A stretch of DNA of 63,804 bases from Thermodesulfobacteriota bacterium (GTDB lineage: Bacteria > Desulfobacterota > Desulfomonilia > UBA1062), in assembly GCA_034716155.1 (NCBI GenBank), contig JAYEFR010000095.1:1-63804 (forward strand), written 5' to 3'. A program made the position numbers and the translations under genes. The notes beneath the pieces are model-generated. The model ran no database searches. It was not told the origin of the DNA and worked only from the letters and a program-made list of their open reading frames with translations. This document shows positions 1 to 9,524 of this stretch, piece by piece. How positions within the stretch are numbered: the first letter of the stretch is position 1; every line of letters begins with the position of its first letter.

Positions 1-389
1 TATCCGATCGCGTCCTTTACCTCTTTAAGCCCATAGAAGGCAGGGAAGACCAGTATCTTGACTATAAGCAGAGACAAAGGGCCGGGAAATTCCGAATTCT
101 CAATCACATAAAACATTTCAGTGAGTTCATTTTCGTCCATAGAGGTCATTGCAGTTAGCTCTCTTAAGTATAGCAGGGGCCATACATAATTAAGGATGCG
201 CACTCCAAGCCTTAGCCCCAAACGAGTCAGGGGAGGCATCCTTGATAGCATATAATCTGTTTTGGGCAGCCACTTGTCTTCCAGGTCAGCTGCTCCAAGG
301 GTAAAATTTTCGCCACCTCTTGGGATCACGCCTCTTCCCATGGCTGCGATTATTCCGGCTTCGGTATTACTTAGTGCTTTGTAGGCCAT
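1..389 (-). CDS. hypothetical protein (C-terminal part cut by the window edge)
   Basis: A minus-strand open frame starts at ATG 389 (MAYKALSNTEAGIIAAMGRGVIPRGG...) and runs off the window at position 1. It is absent from the ORF track because there is no stop inside the window. No family recognised. Confidence 0.35.
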   Translation of the reverse strand, partial: MAYKALSNTEAGIIAAMGRGVIPRGGENFTLGAADLEDKWLPKTDYMLSRMPPLTRLGLRLGVRILNYVWPLLYLRELTAMTSMDENELTEMFYVIENSEFPGPLSLLIVKILVFPAFYGLKEVKDAIG

Positions 390-582
390 ATAAACCCTCC
401 ATAAGATTTATAGATTTACAAATGATAAAATAGTGTTGCTGTGCAATACACTTTATCTAATAAAAACCTAGTTTATTCGCAAAACCAAGTCAATCAGTTT
501 TTAGTCATAGATCCCAGATATATCCTTAAATAAAGCAGGCTCCCTTCTATCCTGGGGGAGAGAGTGAATGTTATGGAGGTGA

Positions 583-1488
583 TTATTTTATCGAAGTGAG
601 CCACTTGTCATATTTTTTGATCTTACCGCTATACACATCTTCCATCTTGTCCATAATGGCCCTGGTGATGGGCCCCGGGCAGGGACTTCCCAATGTTTTG
701 CCCTCAATGGATGTGATGGGTTGTATCTTGACAAGGCTCCCGGAATAGAAGGCCTCATCATATGATGTTAATGTCTCCGGGCTTATATTGGTCTCTTTGA
801 TAGGGTATTCCATATCTTTTATGACCTCTATCGCCACCTTTCTCGTGATACCAGGCAATGCATTTCTTAAGGAGGGTGTCTCTATTTTGCCATCCTTAAT
901 GAAAAAGATATTAGAGGTCGCCCCTTCAGCGACATAGCCTGAAGTGTCCAGTATAATTACATCTTCGTATCCTTTTTTAATGATTTCTGCCTTTGCTAGG
1001 AATGCATTGGTGTAATTACCAGCAACCTTTGCATGGACAGGAATGGTTTCAGGGTGCAGTTTTCTAAATGTAGATATTCCAGCAGAGACGGGGGCTGATA
1101 TATCCTCCTGTTTTACACCAAAGAGGCCAAAGTCTGCGCAAAAGACAGCAATGTCAATCCGGGGATTCGCGGGGAAAACGCTGAACTCTATTAAGGGGTA
1201 ATAGGCAAAGAATTTTGCAGCGCCGTAAGCCATGTTGTTTTTCCTGGCTGTCTCTATGAGGGCAGAAACAAGTTCGTCTTTTGTTATAGGTAGATCCATA
1301 AAGACCAATTTGGCAGTATTGAAAAATCGATTGATGTGATCATCAAGGCCGAAAAGGGCCGGTCCTTTCTGCGTAGATACGATGTCTAAAACCTCGAATA
1401 TTGCCGAACCCCTGCCAAAGCTGTGAGATAATATTGAGACTTCCGCCTTATCCCAATCTACAAATTCACCATTCATCCATACCTTCAT
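583..1488 (-). CDS. class IV (branched-chain / D-amino-acid) aminotransferase family protein
   Basis: 301 aa. The N-terminus is WMNGEFVDWDKAEVSILSHSFGRGSAIFE. A catalytic-Lys context HAKVAGNYTNAFLAK and the motif GYVAEGATSNIFF are typical of fold-type IV PLP enzymes. It is a diverged paralog of the canonical ilvE at 29664. Confidence 0.8.
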   Translation of the reverse strand: MKVWMNGEFVDWDKAEVSILSHSFGRGSAIFEVLDIVSTQKGPALFGLDDHINRFFNTAKLVFMDLPITKDELVSALIETARKNNMAYGAAKFFAYYPLIEFSVFPANPRIDIAVFCADFGLFGVKQEDISAPVSAGISTFRKLHPETIPVHAKVAGNYTNAFLAKAEIIKKGYEDVIILDTSGYVAEGATSNIFFIKDGKIETPSLRNALPGITRKVAIEVIKDMEYPIKETNISPETLTSYDEAFYSGSLVKIQPITSIEGKTLGSPCPGPITRAIMDKMEDVYSGKIKKYDKWLTSIK

Positions 1489-1664
1489 CTTACCTCCTTT
1501 AGATTTTACCTAGAATAACTTGCTTAAGGGCTCTGTTTTTCTATGCAACTTTTCTTGCAATGTCAACTTTATAACCTGCGTCATGCGAGAAAGGATTCAG
1601 GCCTGTCTTGTCTCCCTTGACAAAGTTGGTATGATGCAATAGTAGGGTACTCACGCCAAACATT

Positions 1665-2201
1665 ATGAAAAAGATAGAAGACATAAAAATAGATGTAGAT
1701 ACAATAGGGGTATCTGGCATAGAAGAGGATTTATGTATAGAGCCTGCAGCCTTTGAGGAGGTTCTTAAGGATGAAGATGTGCATATAACCAGGCCGTTGC
1801 AGATACATTATGAGATAACAGAGAATAATGAAAACATATATGCAACCGTCCATATCCATGGCCGGATTGACACATGTTGTTCTAGATGTTTATCTCCTAT
1901 GGTCTATCCTGTAGATTTAACCCTGGATACCCAATATGTTCCGGCAGAGGATGATATGCCGGATGACCTTGAGGCTGAAAGAGAAGGCCCGGGGTTTGGT
2001 TATTATAGAAATGTCATAATGCTGGGGGAATATATCGTATCTGAAATTATTGTGTCATTACCTGTTTATTATGTATGTGATAGCAGATGTAAAGGGCTTT
2101 GCCCAATATGCGGGGCCAATCTTAATAAAAACTCCTGTATGTGCAAAAGGCCTATAGACTCAAGATTCAGTATATTAAAACAATTGAAGCAACACGGTTA
2201 G
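1665..2201 (+). CDS. DUF177 / YceD-like protein
   Basis: 178 aa, located immediately upstream of rpmF as in many bacteria. It has C-terminal Cys clusters (CCSRC ... CKGLCPICGANL...C.C) typical of YceD. Confidence 0.75.
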   Translation: MKKIEDIKIDVDTIGVSGIEEDLCIEPAAFEEVLKDEDVHITRPLQIHYEITENNENIYATVHIHGRIDTCCSRCLSPMVYPVDLTLDTQYVPAEDDMPDDLEAEREGPGFGYYRNVIMLGEYIVSEIIVSLPVYYVCDSRCKGLCPICGANLNKNSCMCKRPIDSRFSILKQLKQHG

Positions 2202-2215
2202 GAGGTTATTAATAT

Positions 2216-2398
2216 ATGGCTGTACCAAAAAGAAGACATTCCAAAGCAAGAAGAGATACACGCAGGGCACATGACGCAATCAAGATGCAAAGCATTTCAT
2301 TTTGCCCAAACTGTAAGGAGCCAAAGCTTCCTCACAGAATATGCCCGAATTGTGGTTATTATAATGGCAGAGAGGTCATTAAACTCTCGGAAGAATAA
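2216..2398 (+). CDS. rpmF: 50S ribosomal protein L32
   Basis: 60 aa with N-terminus [19 protein letters not shown] and a CPNC...CPNC zinc ribbon. Confidence 0.95.
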   Translation: MAVPKRRHSKARRDTRRAHDAIKMQSISFCPNCKEPKLPHRICPNCGYYNGREVIKLSEE

Positions 2399-2401
2399 GT
2401 T

Positions 2402-3244
2402 ATGTCCTACTGTCTTATGTTTCCAGGACAGGGTACACAATTCCCGGGGATGGCCCAAGGGCTTGATTTTAATGGTGTAGTGGATCCAAGGCTTTTAGCC
2501 CTTATGATGGATGGGCCGGAAGATGAGTTGAATCGGATGACAAACGCACCGCTGGCTGTCCTGGCTGCAAGTATAGCCCTGTGGAAGACATCAAATTTAT
2601 CGTCACCTGATATTGTCATGGGCCATAGCCTTGGCGAATACACAGCGCTTGTGGTATCAGGCGCTTTATCCCTAAAGGATGCAATCTCGCTTGTGGGGAA
2701 AAGGGCATCATTTATGGAAGAGGCCCAACCAGGGCATGTTACAGGGATGGCAGCCGTTATTGGGCTGTCTTTAGAGAAAGTTGAAGAGGCCATCTCGAAT
2801 GTGGATGATGTGTGGGTGGCCAATATAAATGGTGGAGGGCAGGTGGTTATTTCCGGCAAGCTTTCTTCTATTGACAAGGTGGTTCCCAAATTAAAGACCT
2901 TGGGTGCCAGACGTGTTATAAAACTCAAGGTGAGTGTGGCATCCCATTGTCCCCTTATGAAGACAGCTGCGCCCAAGCTCATGAATCGCCTCAAGTCTAC
3001 AGATATAAAGAAGCCCGGATGCCCTGTGATCTTTAATGCCACAGCAAGACCTGAGTCTGATCCTGGAAAGATAAAAGAAATCCTCGGCTTGCAGTTGGTG
3101 GAACCTGTAAGGTGGGAGGACTGTGTTGAGAAGGCCATCTCTATGGGAGTGGATGAATTTATAGAGATCGGCCCAAAATCCGTACTTGCACCCCTGGTAA
3201 AAAGGATTGCAAAGGGTGTTTCAGTAGAGGCAAAGACCTTATGA
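2402..3244 (+). CDS. fabD: malonyl-CoA:ACP transacylase
   Basis: 280 aa with FPGQGTQ, the GHSLGEY nucleophile elbow and a later VASHCPLM motif. It starts 4 nt after the rpmF stop. Confidence 0.9.
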   Translation: MSYCLMFPGQGTQFPGMAQGLDFNGVVDPRLLALMMDGPEDELNRMTNAPLAVLAASIALWKTSNLSSPDIVMGHSLGEYTALVVSGALSLKDAISLVGKRASFMEEAQPGHVTGMAAVIGLSLEKVEEAISNVDDVWVANINGGGQVVISGKLSSIDKVVPKLKTLGARRVIKLKVSVASHCPLMKTAAPKLMNRLKSTDIKKPGCPVIFNATARPESDPGKIKEILGLQLVEPVRWEDCVEKAISMGVDEFIEIGPKSVLAPLVKRIAKGVSVEAKTL

Positions 3245-3981
3245 AGATAGATCTTAGCGGGCAGGTAGCGGTTATTACAGGTGCAAGCCGTGGTATAGGG
3301 GCTGCAATCGCAAGGTTGCTTGGTTCATGCGGTGCCCATGTGGTGATAAATTATAAAACAAATGAGTCTATGGCTACCATGGTTATGGAGATGGTAAAGG
3401 CATCAGGCGGCAGTGCCGAGGTAGCAGGATTTGATGTAACTGATGAGGAGGAGGTTAAGGCATCGATCAAATCTATAGTAGGTCATCACGGGAAAATCGA
3501 TATCCTGGTAAACAACGCCGGCATTTCAAAGGATGGGCTGATATTGCGTGTTAAGCCTTCTGATTGGGATGATATAATAAATACCTCCTTAAAGGGTGCA
3601 TTTTTATGTACTTCCAATGTAGCACGTTATATGATAAGGGCAAAACACGGGAGGGTTATAAACGTATCCTCGGTTGTAGGGCTTGGAGGTAATGCAGGCC
3701 AAAGTGTTTATGCATCCGCAAAGGCAGGGCTGGTTGGTCTCACAAAGAGCATTGCAAAGGAACTGGGGCCAAGGGGGATACTGGTAAATGCAGTTGCCCC
3801 TGGATTTATAGATACAGATATGACAAAAGAGGTAGATCATAAAAGCGTCCTTAGTATGATCCCACTGGGCAGGGTGGGTGTCCCTGATGATGTTGCAGGT
3901 GTGGTTTTGTTTTTGTGCTCAAAGATCGGGTCATACATCACAGGGCAGGTTGTCGTAGTCGATGGGGGCCTGTATACTTAA
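3241..3981 (+). CDS. fabG: 3-oxoacyl-ACP reductase
   Basis: 246 aa SDR with TGASRGIG, NNAG and YASAKAG motifs. It overlaps fabD by 4 nt. Confidence 0.9.
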   Translation: MKIDLSGQVAVITGASRGIGAAIARLLGSCGAHVVINYKTNESMATMVMEMVKASGGSAEVAGFDVTDEEEVKASIKSIVGHHGKIDILVNNAGISKDGLILRVKPSDWDDIINTSLKGAFLCTSNVARYMIRAKHGRVINVSSVVGLGGNAGQSVYASAKAGLVGLTKSIAKELGPRGILVNAVAPGFIDTDMTKEVDHKSVLSMIPLGRVGVPDDVAGVVLFLCSKIGSYITGQVVVVDGGLYT

Positions 3982-4007
3982 AAATATGATTTAAGGAGGA
4001 TTTATAG

Positions 4008-4241
4008 ATGGCGTCAGTAGAAGAGCGTATTATCGAGCTTATTGCAGAACAGTTGGATAGAGACAAATCAGAGATTTCACCAGAGATGTCTTTTATAGAT
4101 GATTTAGGCGCTGATTCTCTAGATTTGGTAGAGCTTATTATGACAATAGAAGAAGAATATAACATCGAGATTCCGGATGATGATGCGGAGAAGCTCACAT
4201 ATATAAAAGATGCTATAGAATATATAAAAGGTAAGATATAA
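4008..4241 (+). CDS. acpP: acyl carrier protein
   Basis: 77 aa with the [13 protein letters not shown] phosphopantetheine site. An AGGAGG RBS lies upstream. Confidence 0.95.
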   Translation: MASVEERIIELIAEQLDRDKSEISPEMSFIDDLGADSLDLVELIMTIEEEYNIEIPDDDAEKLTYIKDAIEYIKGKI

Positions 4242-4249
4242 TTCATTAA

Positions 4250-5476
4250 ATGGACAGTGTTGTTATCACAGGTATAGGGGTGGTCTCTCCCTTAGGCAGT
4301 GATATATCATCGGTTTGGGAAAATCTGATTCAGGGTGTCTCTGGAATAGAGCGTATAGATGAATTTAATGGGCTACCTGTATCAATCGGAGGGAAAGCAA
4401 GGGGGTTCGATCCTACCAAATACTTAAGCTCAAGGGATATAAGGCACTTAGACAGGTTTTCCCAGATGGCCTTGATCGCTGGGATGGACGCTATTGATGA
4501 TGCCGGTATAGATAAAGGTATATATCAAGAAGACAAAATCGGGGTCTTGATCGGCTCTGGTATAGGTGGGTTGTCTACATTAGAGACCCAGATATCTTTA
4601 TTCAATAGCCGGGGACCTAGGAGGGTCTCCCCCTTGACAGTGCCAATGTGTATCATAAATATGGCATCCGGGGAGATAGCCCGGAGGATTGATGCAAAGG
4701 GTCCGGGCATGGGCCTTGCTACAGCCTGTGCATCGGGTGGGCATTCTATTGCGCTGGCGCTCAGGCTCATACAATCCGGGGATGCAGACTGTATGATCAC
4801 AGGTGGAGTGGAGGCATGCCTTACTCCATTTGCGGCGTCTGCGTTTGCATCTATGAGGGCACTGTCAACCAGAAATGATGAGCCTAAGAGAGCCTCATGC
4901 CCATTTGATTGCAGAAGGGATGGCTTTGTTTTATCAGAAGGTGGGGCAGTCCTTATCCTTGAGAGGGAATCAATGGCAAAGGCCAGGGGTGCACACATAA
5001 CGGCAACTATTCTTGGGGCGGGAATGAGTCAGGATGCATATCATATGGTAGCACCGGACCCCGAAGGTAAAGGTGCTGCAATTGCCATGGGGCAAGCGAT
5101 TAAAGATGCGGGTATTTCCCCTGAACAGATAAACTATATAAATGCCCACGGCACATCCACCGAGCTTAATGACAAGGTGGAGACCCTGGCAATAAAAAAG
5201 GTCTTTGGCGGGTATGCACATAGGTTGCATGTAAGTTCTACAAAATCCATGACAGGCCACCTTATAGGGGGTGCAGCTTCTTTAGAGACAGCTATATGTA
5301 TTATGGCCTTAAATAATGGGATTATCCCACCCACCATAAATCTGGACAACCCTGATCCGGCATGTGACCTGGATTATACACCCAAAAAGGCCATACATTC
5401 AGACATCACATACTGTTTGAACAATTCATTCGGATTTGGGGGACAGAATGTGTCTCTAGTAATAGGAAAGGGCTAA
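4250..5476 (+). CDS. fabF: 3-oxoacyl-ACP synthase II
   Basis: 408 aa with active-site ATACASG, later NAHGTST and a C-terminal NSFGFGGQN motif. Confidence 0.92.
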   Translation: MDSVVITGIGVVSPLGSDISSVWENLIQGVSGIERIDEFNGLPVSIGGKARGFDPTKYLSSRDIRHLDRFSQMALIAGMDAIDDAGIDKGIYQEDKIGVLIGSGIGGLSTLETQISLFNSRGPRRVSPLTVPMCIINMASGEIARRIDAKGPGMGLATACASGGHSIALALRLIQSGDADCMITGGVEACLTPFAASAFASMRALSTRNDEPKRASCPFDCRRDGFVLSEGGAVLILERESMAKARGAHITATILGAGMSQDAYHMVAPDPEGKGAAIAMGQAIKDAGISPEQINYINAHGTSTELNDKVETLAIKKVFGGYAHRLHVSSTKSMTGHLIGGAASLETAICIMALNNGIIPPTINLDNPDPACDLDYTPKKAIHSDITYCLNNSFGFGGQNVSLVIGKG

Positions 5477-5479
5477 CGC

Positions 5480-5923
5480 ATGAAGATAGGTATTGCATGT
5501 GATCATGGGGGGTTTACACTTAAACGGTTTATAAAGGAGGCCCTTGAAGATAAGGGGTGCGAGGTTGTAGACCTTGGTACAAACTCGTATTCTTCTGTGG
5601 ATTACCCTGATTTTGCTCTAAAGGGCTTGGCGATGCTGGTCAGTGGCGAATGCGACAGGATTATACTTATGTGTGGGACAGGTATAGGTATGTCCATATG
5701 TGCGAACAGGATACCTGGTGTGAGAGGCACCTTATGTTCGGATCCTTATACCGCTAAAATGAGCAGGCTTCACAATGATTCGAATTGTCTTATTTTAGGA
5801 GGCAGGGTTATAGGCCCGGGCATTGCGGGCGAGATTGTGGACGTATGGCTTGCTACCCCATTTGAGGGTGGTCGCCATAAAAGACGGTTGGAAAAGATAG
5901 AGTCAATACCAAGTAAAATTTAG
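5480..5923 (+). CDS. rpiB: ribose-5-phosphate isomerase B
   Basis: 147 aa with MKIGIACDHGG, CGTGIGMSI and the RpiB/LacAB pattern RHKRRL. Confidence 0.88.
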   Translation: MKIGIACDHGGFTLKRFIKEALEDKGCEVVDLGTNSYSSVDYPDFALKGLAMLVSGECDRIILMCGTGIGMSICANRIPGVRGTLCSDPYTAKMSRLHNDSNCLILGGRVIGPGIAGEIVDVWLATPFEGGRHKRRLEKIESIPSKI

Positions 5924-5939
5924 GGGGCTAATTTAAGGG

Positions 5940-7181
5940 ATGAAACACCTGAAAGAGAGCGATAAAGAAGTATATTCAGCGATAATGGAAGAGCTTACAA
6001 GGCAGAGGAATAAACTGGAGTTAATTGCATCAGAAAATATCGTGAGTCAGGCAGTGCTTGAAGCCCAGGGTTGCGTTATGACCAATAAGTATGCAGAAGG
6101 CTATCCCGCCAAAAGATATTATGGTGGATGCGAGTATGTGGATAAGGCTGAACAACTGGCAATTGAGCGGGCAAAGACCCTTTTTGGTGCAGAGCATGCA
6201 AATGTACAGCCTCACTCAGGCTCCCAGGCAAATATGGCTGTGTATTTTACCATACTTACCCCAGGTGATACATATCTGGGCATGAATCTCTCTCATGGGG
6301 GGCATCTTTCCATGGGTTCCCCGGTAAACTTTTCAGGTAAGATATATAATGTGATCCCTTATGGGGTAAGGCAAGATAATCACAGGATAGATTATGATCA
6401 GGTAAGAGATCTTGCAAAGAAGCACAGACCTAAACTTATAATCGCAGGTACGAGTGCTTATCCAAGGATTATAGACTATAAACTCTTTCGTGAGATAGCA
6501 GATGAAGTGGATGCATATTTTATGGCGGATATGGCTCATATAGCAGGCCTTATAGCAGTTGGCCTTCATCCAAGCCCTGTCCCTTATGCAGATTTTGTAA
6601 CCACCACCACTCATAAAACCCTTCGTGGGCCAAGGGGGGGGATGATCCTCTGCAAGGAGGAATTTGCAAAGAAATTAAATTCCAGTGTCTTTCCAGGTAT
6701 GCAGGGTGGGCCCTTAATGCATGTGATAGCTGCCAAGGCAGTGGCCCTGAAAGAGGCAATGAGTGATGAATTCAAGGTCTATCAGGGGCAAATTTTGAAA
6801 AATGCTCAAGCAATGGCAGATGAGCTAATGAGGCTTGGGTTTACATTAATATCAGGGGGTACAGATACCCATCTCTTCCTCGTGGATTTGAATAACAAGG
6901 GCATTACAGGTAAGGATGCTGAAGAATTTCTTGATAGCGCATGGATAACAGCGAATAAAAATACCATACCATTTGAGACCAGGAGCCCGTTTGTTACATC
7001 CGGTATCCGCATAGGCACCCCTGCGGTAACAACAAGGGGAATGAAAGAACAAGAGATGGCGGAGATAGCATCTTTGATAGCCCGGGTAATTGATTCAAAG
7101 GGAGATAGGGGTGTAATAGATGCAGTAAGAAAAGAGGTGGAAGACCTCACAGATAGATTTCCTATCTATCAAGGAATCTAA
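5940..7181 (+). CDS. glyA: serine hydroxymethyltransferase
   Basis: 413 aa with [20 protein letters not shown] and the PLP-lysine context [14 protein letters not shown]. Confidence 0.95.
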   Translation: MKHLKESDKEVYSAIMEELTRQRNKLELIASENIVSQAVLEAQGCVMTNKYAEGYPAKRYYGGCEYVDKAEQLAIERAKTLFGAEHANVQPHSGSQANMAVYFTILTPGDTYLGMNLSHGGHLSMGSPVNFSGKIYNVIPYGVRQDNHRIDYDQVRDLAKKHRPKLIIAGTSAYPRIIDYKLFREIADEVDAYFMADMAHIAGLIAVGLHPSPVPYADFVTTTTHKTLRGPRGGMILCKEEFAKKLNSSVFPGMQGGPLMHVIAAKAVALKEAMSDEFKVYQGQILKNAQAMADELMRLGFTLISGGTDTHLFLVDLNNKGITGKDAEEFLDSAWITANKNTIPFETRSPFVTSGIRIGTPAVTTRGMKEQEMAEIASLIARVIDSKGDRGVIDAVRKEVEDLTDRFPIYQGI

Positions 7182-7184
7182 ACA

Positions 7185-7649
7185 ATGAAATGTCCCAGAT
7201 GTTCTGGGGTCGAAGATAAAGTAATCCAGTCCAGGGTAAGCAGTGGCGGTACATCCATCAGACGCAGGAGGGAATGTCTCCATTGCGGAAATCGTTTTAC
7301 CACATATGAGAGGATAGAGGAGTTTACCCCTGTGGTGATAAAGAAGGATGGGACAAGGCAGAAGTTTGTCCCTGAAAAGATTGTTGCGGGGGTTATGAAG
7401 GCGTGTGAGAAAAGGCCGGTGAGTATGGATGATATAGAGCAGGTACGGGATAGCATAATACAGGATATTCAAAGAAGCGGAGACAAGGAGGTGTCTTCTT
7501 CATACATCGGAGAGAAGGTAATGGATTTGCTTCACGGGCTTGACACGATCGCATATGTAAGGTTTGCATCCGTATATCGTGAGTTCAAGGATGTGGATGA
7601 GTTTATGGAAGAGGTTATGCGCTTGATCCAGCACAGGGAAAGTTCATGA
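7185..7649 (+). CDS. nrdR: transcriptional repressor NrdR
   Basis: 154 aa with MKCP.C ... RRRREC..C zinc ribbon followed by an ATP-cone. Confidence 0.93.
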   Translation: MKCPRCSGVEDKVIQSRVSSGGTSIRRRRECLHCGNRFTTYERIEEFTPVVIKKDGTRQKFVPEKIVAGVMKACEKRPVSMDDIEQVRDSIIQDIQRSGDKEVSSSYIGEKVMDLLHGLDTIAYVRFASVYREFKDVDEFMEEVMRLIQHRESS

Positions 7650-8707
7650 ATCAAGATAAGACCCTTATGAGACAGGCCATCGATCTAGCTAAAAAGGGGT
7701 TGGGGCGTACAGCACCAAATCCACCTGTAGGTGCGATGATTGTCAGGAACTCACAAGTCGTAGGGGAGGGGTTCCATCCCAAGGCGGGGCTCCCACATGC
7801 AGAAATATATGCATTGAGGCAAGCAGGCGAAAAAGCCAGGGGCGCCACAATGTATGTGACGCTGGAGCCGTGTTCCCACTTTGGGAAGACCCCTCCGTGC
7901 ACAGATGCCATAATCCGTGCGGGTATAAAAAAGGTAGTAATAGGGGCGATAGATCCCAATCCCATAGTGGCGGGCCAAGGCATAGAGAGCTTGAAATCTC
8001 ATGGTATAGAGGTGAAGCTTGGGGTGGCCTCACAAGAGGCCGTTGATTTGATAATGTGGTATGAGAAATGGATTAAGAAAAAGCAGCCATATGTGATACT
8101 GAAGGTGGCTATGACAATGGATGGAAGGATTGCCACCTCAAAAGGTGATTCCAAGTGGATAACATCAGAGAAATCCAGAGAAATGGTACATGGGTTAAGG
8201 GACAAGGTGGATGCAGTGCTTGTGGGTATTGGGACAGTCCTTACAGACGATCCCAGGCTTACATGCAGGATCTCAGGAGGCAGAAATCCATTAAGGATTA
8301 TAATAGATAAGGATTTTATAATACCTCAAGGGGCACGGTGTCTGGGGGAAAGGTGTTTGATATTTACATCCAAAGACCCTGGAATCAGGACTGATATCAT
8401 AAATACAAAGGTGGTTCAACTGCCACTTGATCCATCCGGGAGGTTGTCTTGGGATGGTATATTGGGTCATCTTGGGAAGCTTGGTTTGCATGCTGTAATG
8501 ATTGAGGGTGGTGGCAGGATAAATACTTCAGTTGTTGTTTCTGGCAAGGTTGACAAATTGATGGTATTTGTTGCCCCCAGGCTATTAGTAGGTGGAATTC
8601 CTGCGATGGATGGGGTCTCGCCTGATGCAATAAAGGACGCCATCCCTTTGAAGATTTATGATATGCAAAGATTGGATGATGACATCCTTATAGAGGCATT
8701 TATATGA
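7646..8707 (+). CDS. ribD: bifunctional riboflavin deaminase/reductase
   Basis: 353 aa with the deaminase motifs HAE and PCSHFGKTPPC, then a reductase domain. An ATGA overlap couples it to nrdR. Confidence 0.9.
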   Translation: MNQDKTLMRQAIDLAKKGLGRTAPNPPVGAMIVRNSQVVGEGFHPKAGLPHAEIYALRQAGEKARGATMYVTLEPCSHFGKTPPCTDAIIRAGIKKVVIGAIDPNPIVAGQGIESLKSHGIEVKLGVASQEAVDLIMWYEKWIKKKQPYVILKVAMTMDGRIATSKGDSKWITSEKSREMVHGLRDKVDAVLVGIGTVLTDDPRLTCRISGGRNPLRIIIDKDFIIPQGARCLGERCLIFTSKDPGIRTDIINTKVVQLPLDPSGRLSWDGILGHLGKLGLHAVMIEGGGRINTSVVVSGKVDKLMVFVAPRLLVGGIPAMDGVSPDAIKDAIPLKIYDMQRLDDDILIEAFI

Positions 8708-8872
8708 AAACAGGGGTCGGTTGTTTGTGGTATATTGGAAGGTGATAATCCTTTACAACGGACAACGAACTACTGACAAGTATATGTACAAAACTAAAAG
8801 ACCACTCATGGCTAGATATATTTTTATCCTTGGTCGTGAGAGCCCAGCAGGTATGAAGAGTTTATAGGTGAA
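8698..8872 (+). repeat. mosaic intergenic repeat, copy 1
   Basis: The copy starts with TTTATATGAAAAC, which contains the ribD TGA stop. It then carries GTGGTATATTGGAAGGTGATAATCCT...TTACAACGGACAACGAACTACTGACAAGTATA and ends in a degenerate TTTTTATCCTTGGTCGTGAGAG...GTTTATAGGTGAA module. It aligns by eye with 14988-15195. Confidence 0.75.
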
Positions 8873-8875
8873 TAG

Positions 8876-9511
8876 ATGTTTACAGGCATTATAGAGGCTA
8901 TTGGCAAGGTTATGTTGATCCAGCCCCGTGGGGGCGATCTTTATATAGATATAGACTCAGGGCTTGACTTGGAAGAAGATCATGTTGGGGACAGTATTGC
9001 AATAGATGGTGTCTGCTTGACCATCACCCGCATAAAAGGAGAGATCTTCACTGCAACAGCATCAGGTGAGACTATATCCCGTTCTACCTTTGGTTATCTA
9101 AAACCAGGCGCGAAGGTAAATATAGAAAGGGCGCTTAAGCTGTCTTCCAGACTTGGGGGGCATCTTGTATTGGGTCATGTAGACACCACATCTGCTATAT
9201 TACAAAGGGATAGAGCAGGGCAGTCCATTCGCATCAGGATATCTCTTGATAAGTCCTTTAGCAAATATGTGATAGAAAAAGGCTCTATTGCCGTTGATGG
9301 CATATCACTTACTGTAAATCAGGTAAAGGAAGGCTATTTTGAGACGAATATCATACCTTATACAACACTTGCCACCACCTTGACACTTAAAGGGCCTGGT
9401 GATAGGGTAAATATCGAGTTTGACATAATAGGTAAATATGTGGAGAGACTTATTAATAAAGATACGGATCGTGACTTGGAAGATCTCTTAAAAAGACAAG
9501 GTCTTACATAG
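8876..9511 (+). CDS. ribE: riboflavin synthase (alpha chain)
   Basis: 211 aa with MFTGII and the duplicated Lum-binding repeat pattern ([12 protein letters not shown] / [11 protein letters not shown]). Confidence 0.9.
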   Translation: MFTGIIEAIGKVMLIQPRGGDLYIDIDSGLDLEEDHVGDSIAIDGVCLTITRIKGEIFTATASGETISRSTFGYLKPGAKVNIERALKLSSRLGGHLVLGHVDTTSAILQRDRAGQSIRIRISLDKSFSKYVIEKGSIAVDGISLTVNQVKEGYFETNIIPYTTLATTLTLKGPGDRVNIEFDIIGKYVERLINKDTDRDLEDLLKRQGLT

Positions 9512-9524
9512 AAGGAGACAAGGT

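Noticed and set aside
1613-1650. Possible sigma-70 promoter for the DUF177-rpmF-fab unit (TTGACA at about 1616).
   Set aside because: No acceptable -10 hexamer lies at 16-18 nt spacing (TAGTAG / ATAGTA), so it is too weak to list as a feature.
2407-3138. 243-aa minus-strand ORF antisense to fabD. The same pattern is seen at 9488-10099 (antisense to ribBA), 22630-23304 (antisense to pilC/pilT), 31667-32254 (antisense to proC), 43993-44295 and 62470-63120.
   Set aside because: Each lies fully inside a strongly supported gene on the other strand. They have Ser/Pro/Ala/Ile-rich low-complexity translations, no RBS and no recognisable family. This is typical of shadow ORFs.
8708-8875. Expected FMN (RFN) riboswitch ahead of ribE or the rib operon.
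   Set aside because: None of the conserved RFN core strings is present. The spacer aligns instead with the dispersed repeat at 14988-15195.
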